Source: Candidatus Eiseniibacteriota bacterium (GTDB taxonomy: Bacteria; Eisenbacteria; RBG-16-71-46; DASYSL01). Taken from it: a DNA stretch of 50,998 bases. The DNA lies in the NCBI GenBank assembly GCA_031431875.1, contig JANPEF010000121.1, positions 1 to 50,998 of the forward strand. The letters are read 5' to 3'. The notes beneath the pieces are model-generated. The model was not told where the DNA came from. It did no database searches and worked only from the letters and a program-made list of their open reading frames with translations. Positions 49,351 through 50,998 of this stretch are shown here, one piece after another; within the stretch, counting starts at the first letter, position 1; each line of letters begins with the position of its first letter. Made by a program: the position numbers and the translations under genes.

Positions 49351-49982
49351 GCCGTCTCCCCCACCCAGCGCACGCGGCGTCCCTCGAGCGTGAAGGACTC
49401 GGTGAGAAAGCGGCGGACCGTCGCGGGATAGAGCGCGTGCTCGGCGGCATGCACGCGCGCGCCGAGCGTGTCGAGCCTGTCGTCGTCGTGGATGGGCACG
49501 GCCACCTGGGCGAGAATCGGGCCCTCGTCGATGCCGGCGTCGACCAGGTGCACCGTGCAGCCGGTGACGCGGGCGCCGTGCTCGAGCGCACGCCGGATCG
49601 CCTCCGTCCCGGGGAATGCAGGAAGGAGCGATGGATGCAGGTTGAGCACGCGGCCCCGGAAGGCGGCGAGGAACTCGTCGTGCAGGATGCGCATGAACCC
49701 GGCCAGGAGGATGGTGTCGACGTCGTGGGCGTGGAGCCGCGCGATCCACACGCGCTCGGCCTCGCGGCTCAGGCGCGTGCGGTACGGCCCCGGATCGGGA
49801 GTCTCGATCGCGATCCCACGCTCACGGGCCAGCTCGACCGCACCGCTGTCGGCATGATCGGAGGCAAGGACTGCAAGCACACCGCCGAGCCTGCCGCCTG
49901 CCGCGGCGTCGGCGAGGGCGCGGAAGTTGGAACCGCGGCCCGATGCCAGGACTGCGAGGCGGCGCGTGCGGGGCGACGTCAT
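49347..49982 (-). CDS. purN: Phosphoribosylglycinamide formyltransferase
   Basis: ASGRGSN, LAGFMRIL, NLHPSLLP, GCTVHLVD.GIDEGPI. Confidence 0.96.
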   Translation of the reverse strand: MTSPRTRRLAVLASGRGSNFRALADAAAGGRLGGVLAVLASDHADSGAVELARERGIAIETPDPGPYRTRLSREAERVWIARLHAHDVDTILLAGFMRILHDEFLAAFRGRVLNLHPSLLPAFPGTEAIRRALEHGARVTGCTVHLVDAGIDEGPILAQVAVPIHDDDRLDTLGARVHAAEHALYPATVRRFLTESFTLEGRRVRWVGETA

Positions 49983-50998
49983 CTGACCCGCAACGTACCG
50001 CGCCCGCGCGTCCGGCCGCAAGTCCGAAGGGGTGCGCGCCCCGCGCAGGGATCACCTCGATGCGCGCGCGGCCGGGCTCGCCGGTCGCGTCGATCACCAC
50101 GTCGAGTCCGCCCTCGCGATCGGTGGCCCGCCACGCGATGCCGTGGGCCGCGTAGCGTGCCCGGACGTCGGCGTGCGGGTGGCCAAAGCGGTTGGCGCGC
50201 CCGATCGAGGCGAGCCCCACCGCGGGCCGTGTCGCCGCCAGGAACGCCTCGCCGCTCGAGGTGCGCGAACCGTGGTGCGCGACCTTGAGGACGTCGAGGT
50301 GCGGCAGGCCCGCTGCCAGCAGCCGCGCTTCGACCAGGGTGTCGATGTCCCCGGTCAGGAGCACGCGGATGGTGTCGGGTGGCACCCGCCGGATCCGATC
50401 GGGCGGCGCCCACACGCTGGCGAGCAGGACGACCGACTCACGGTTCGGGGTCCACGCCGGATCGCGGCGAAACCCCGGCGGCGGCCACAATACGCGCACC
50501 TCGTAGCCGGTGCCGGACAGCAGCACGTCCCCGGTCGTGAGCGATACGGCACGCGGGTCCCCCGCGGCGCCCCCCCGCGCGCTGGCGCGCGCAAGCAAGG
50601 TCTCGGCAACCGCGCTCGGACCGGCGACGACATCGGTCGGCACGTCGCGGAGGATCGCGGGCAAGCCGCCCGCGTGATCGAGGTCGCCATGCGAGGCGAC
50701 GGCCGCGGCAAGGCGCGCGATCCCCCGCCGCCTGAGCGCCGGGAGCATGCTGCGCGTACCCTGGTCGAAGCCCGGCCGCGCCTCGCCCGCGTCGACGACC
50801 AGCGCCCGACCGTCCGGCACGACGACGACGAGCCCGTCGCCCTGGCCGACGTCGATCGCGGTGACGACCAGCGCCCCGCCCGGCGGCCCGGGACCCGGTA
50901 GCAATAGCACGAGCAGCGCGCCCACGCCGATGCCGGCGAGCGCCGGCAGCGCGGGCGTCAGCCGCCGCGCGACGCCGGGCAGGGTCCACGCCGCGACG
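49822..50998 (-). CDS. comEC: ComEC/Rec2 competence protein, C-terminal metallo-beta-lactamase domain (5' end outside the window)
   Basis: IDVGQGDG, SHGDLDHAGG, LLTGDI, LKVAHHGSRTSS, NRFGHPH. Confidence 0.88.
   Translation of the reverse strand, partial: VAAWTLPGVARRLTPALPALAGIGVGALLVLLLPGPGPPGGALVVTAIDVGQGDGLVVVVPDGRALVVDAGEARPGFDQGTRSMLPALRRRGIARLAAAVASHGDLDHAGGLPAILRDVPTDVVAGPSAVAETLLARASARGGAAGDPRAVSLTTGDVLLSGTGYEVRVLWPPPGFRRDPAWTPNRESVVLLASVWAPPDRIRRVPPDTIRVLLTGDIDTLVEARLLAAGLPHLDVLKVAHHGSRTSSGEAFLAATRPAVGLASIGRANRFGHPHADVRARYAAHGIAWRATDREGGLDVVIDATGEPGRARIEVIPARGAHPFGLAAGRAGAVRCGSDDVAPHAPPRSPGIGPRFQLPRPRRRRGRRQARRCACSPCLRSCRQRCGRAGP

Overview
High-GC bacterial chromosomal segment. The FlgD-Ig-tailed secreted proteins and a C-terminal TWGxxKxxYR motif suggest an Eisenbacteria/Krumholzibacteria/Latescibacteria-like lineage (inference). 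Most of the window is housekeeping: leuS (partial), uvrC-xerD, rpsT, dapF/dapA/dapB, secA-smg-topA-xerC-hslV-hslU, a cold-shock gene, and comEC(partial)-purN-HAD-purC-purH-guaA. Highlights: (1) a 28-bp dif-like XerCD site at 7208-7235 with KOPS-like octamers and most genes pointing toward it, so this is probably the replication terminus; (2) next to it, a toxin-antitoxin 'graveyard' with two intact antitoxins, one antitoxin remnant and a toxin broken by an internal deletion; (3) a polyphosphate cluster, sixA + two tandem thymidylate-kinase-like genes (one with a degenerate P-loop) + CHAD, convergently overlapping ppx, a candidate bacterial heteromeric PPK3-type polyP kinase system; (4) a coupled SNF2 helicase / YqhG-like Zn-ribbon pair whose helicase has an N-terminal PcrA/UvrD-like Tudor domain; (5) TopA with an N-terminal histone-H1-like tail. 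No rRNA, tRNA, CRISPR array or transposase was recognised. All calls come from motif recognition by eye; no searches were run.
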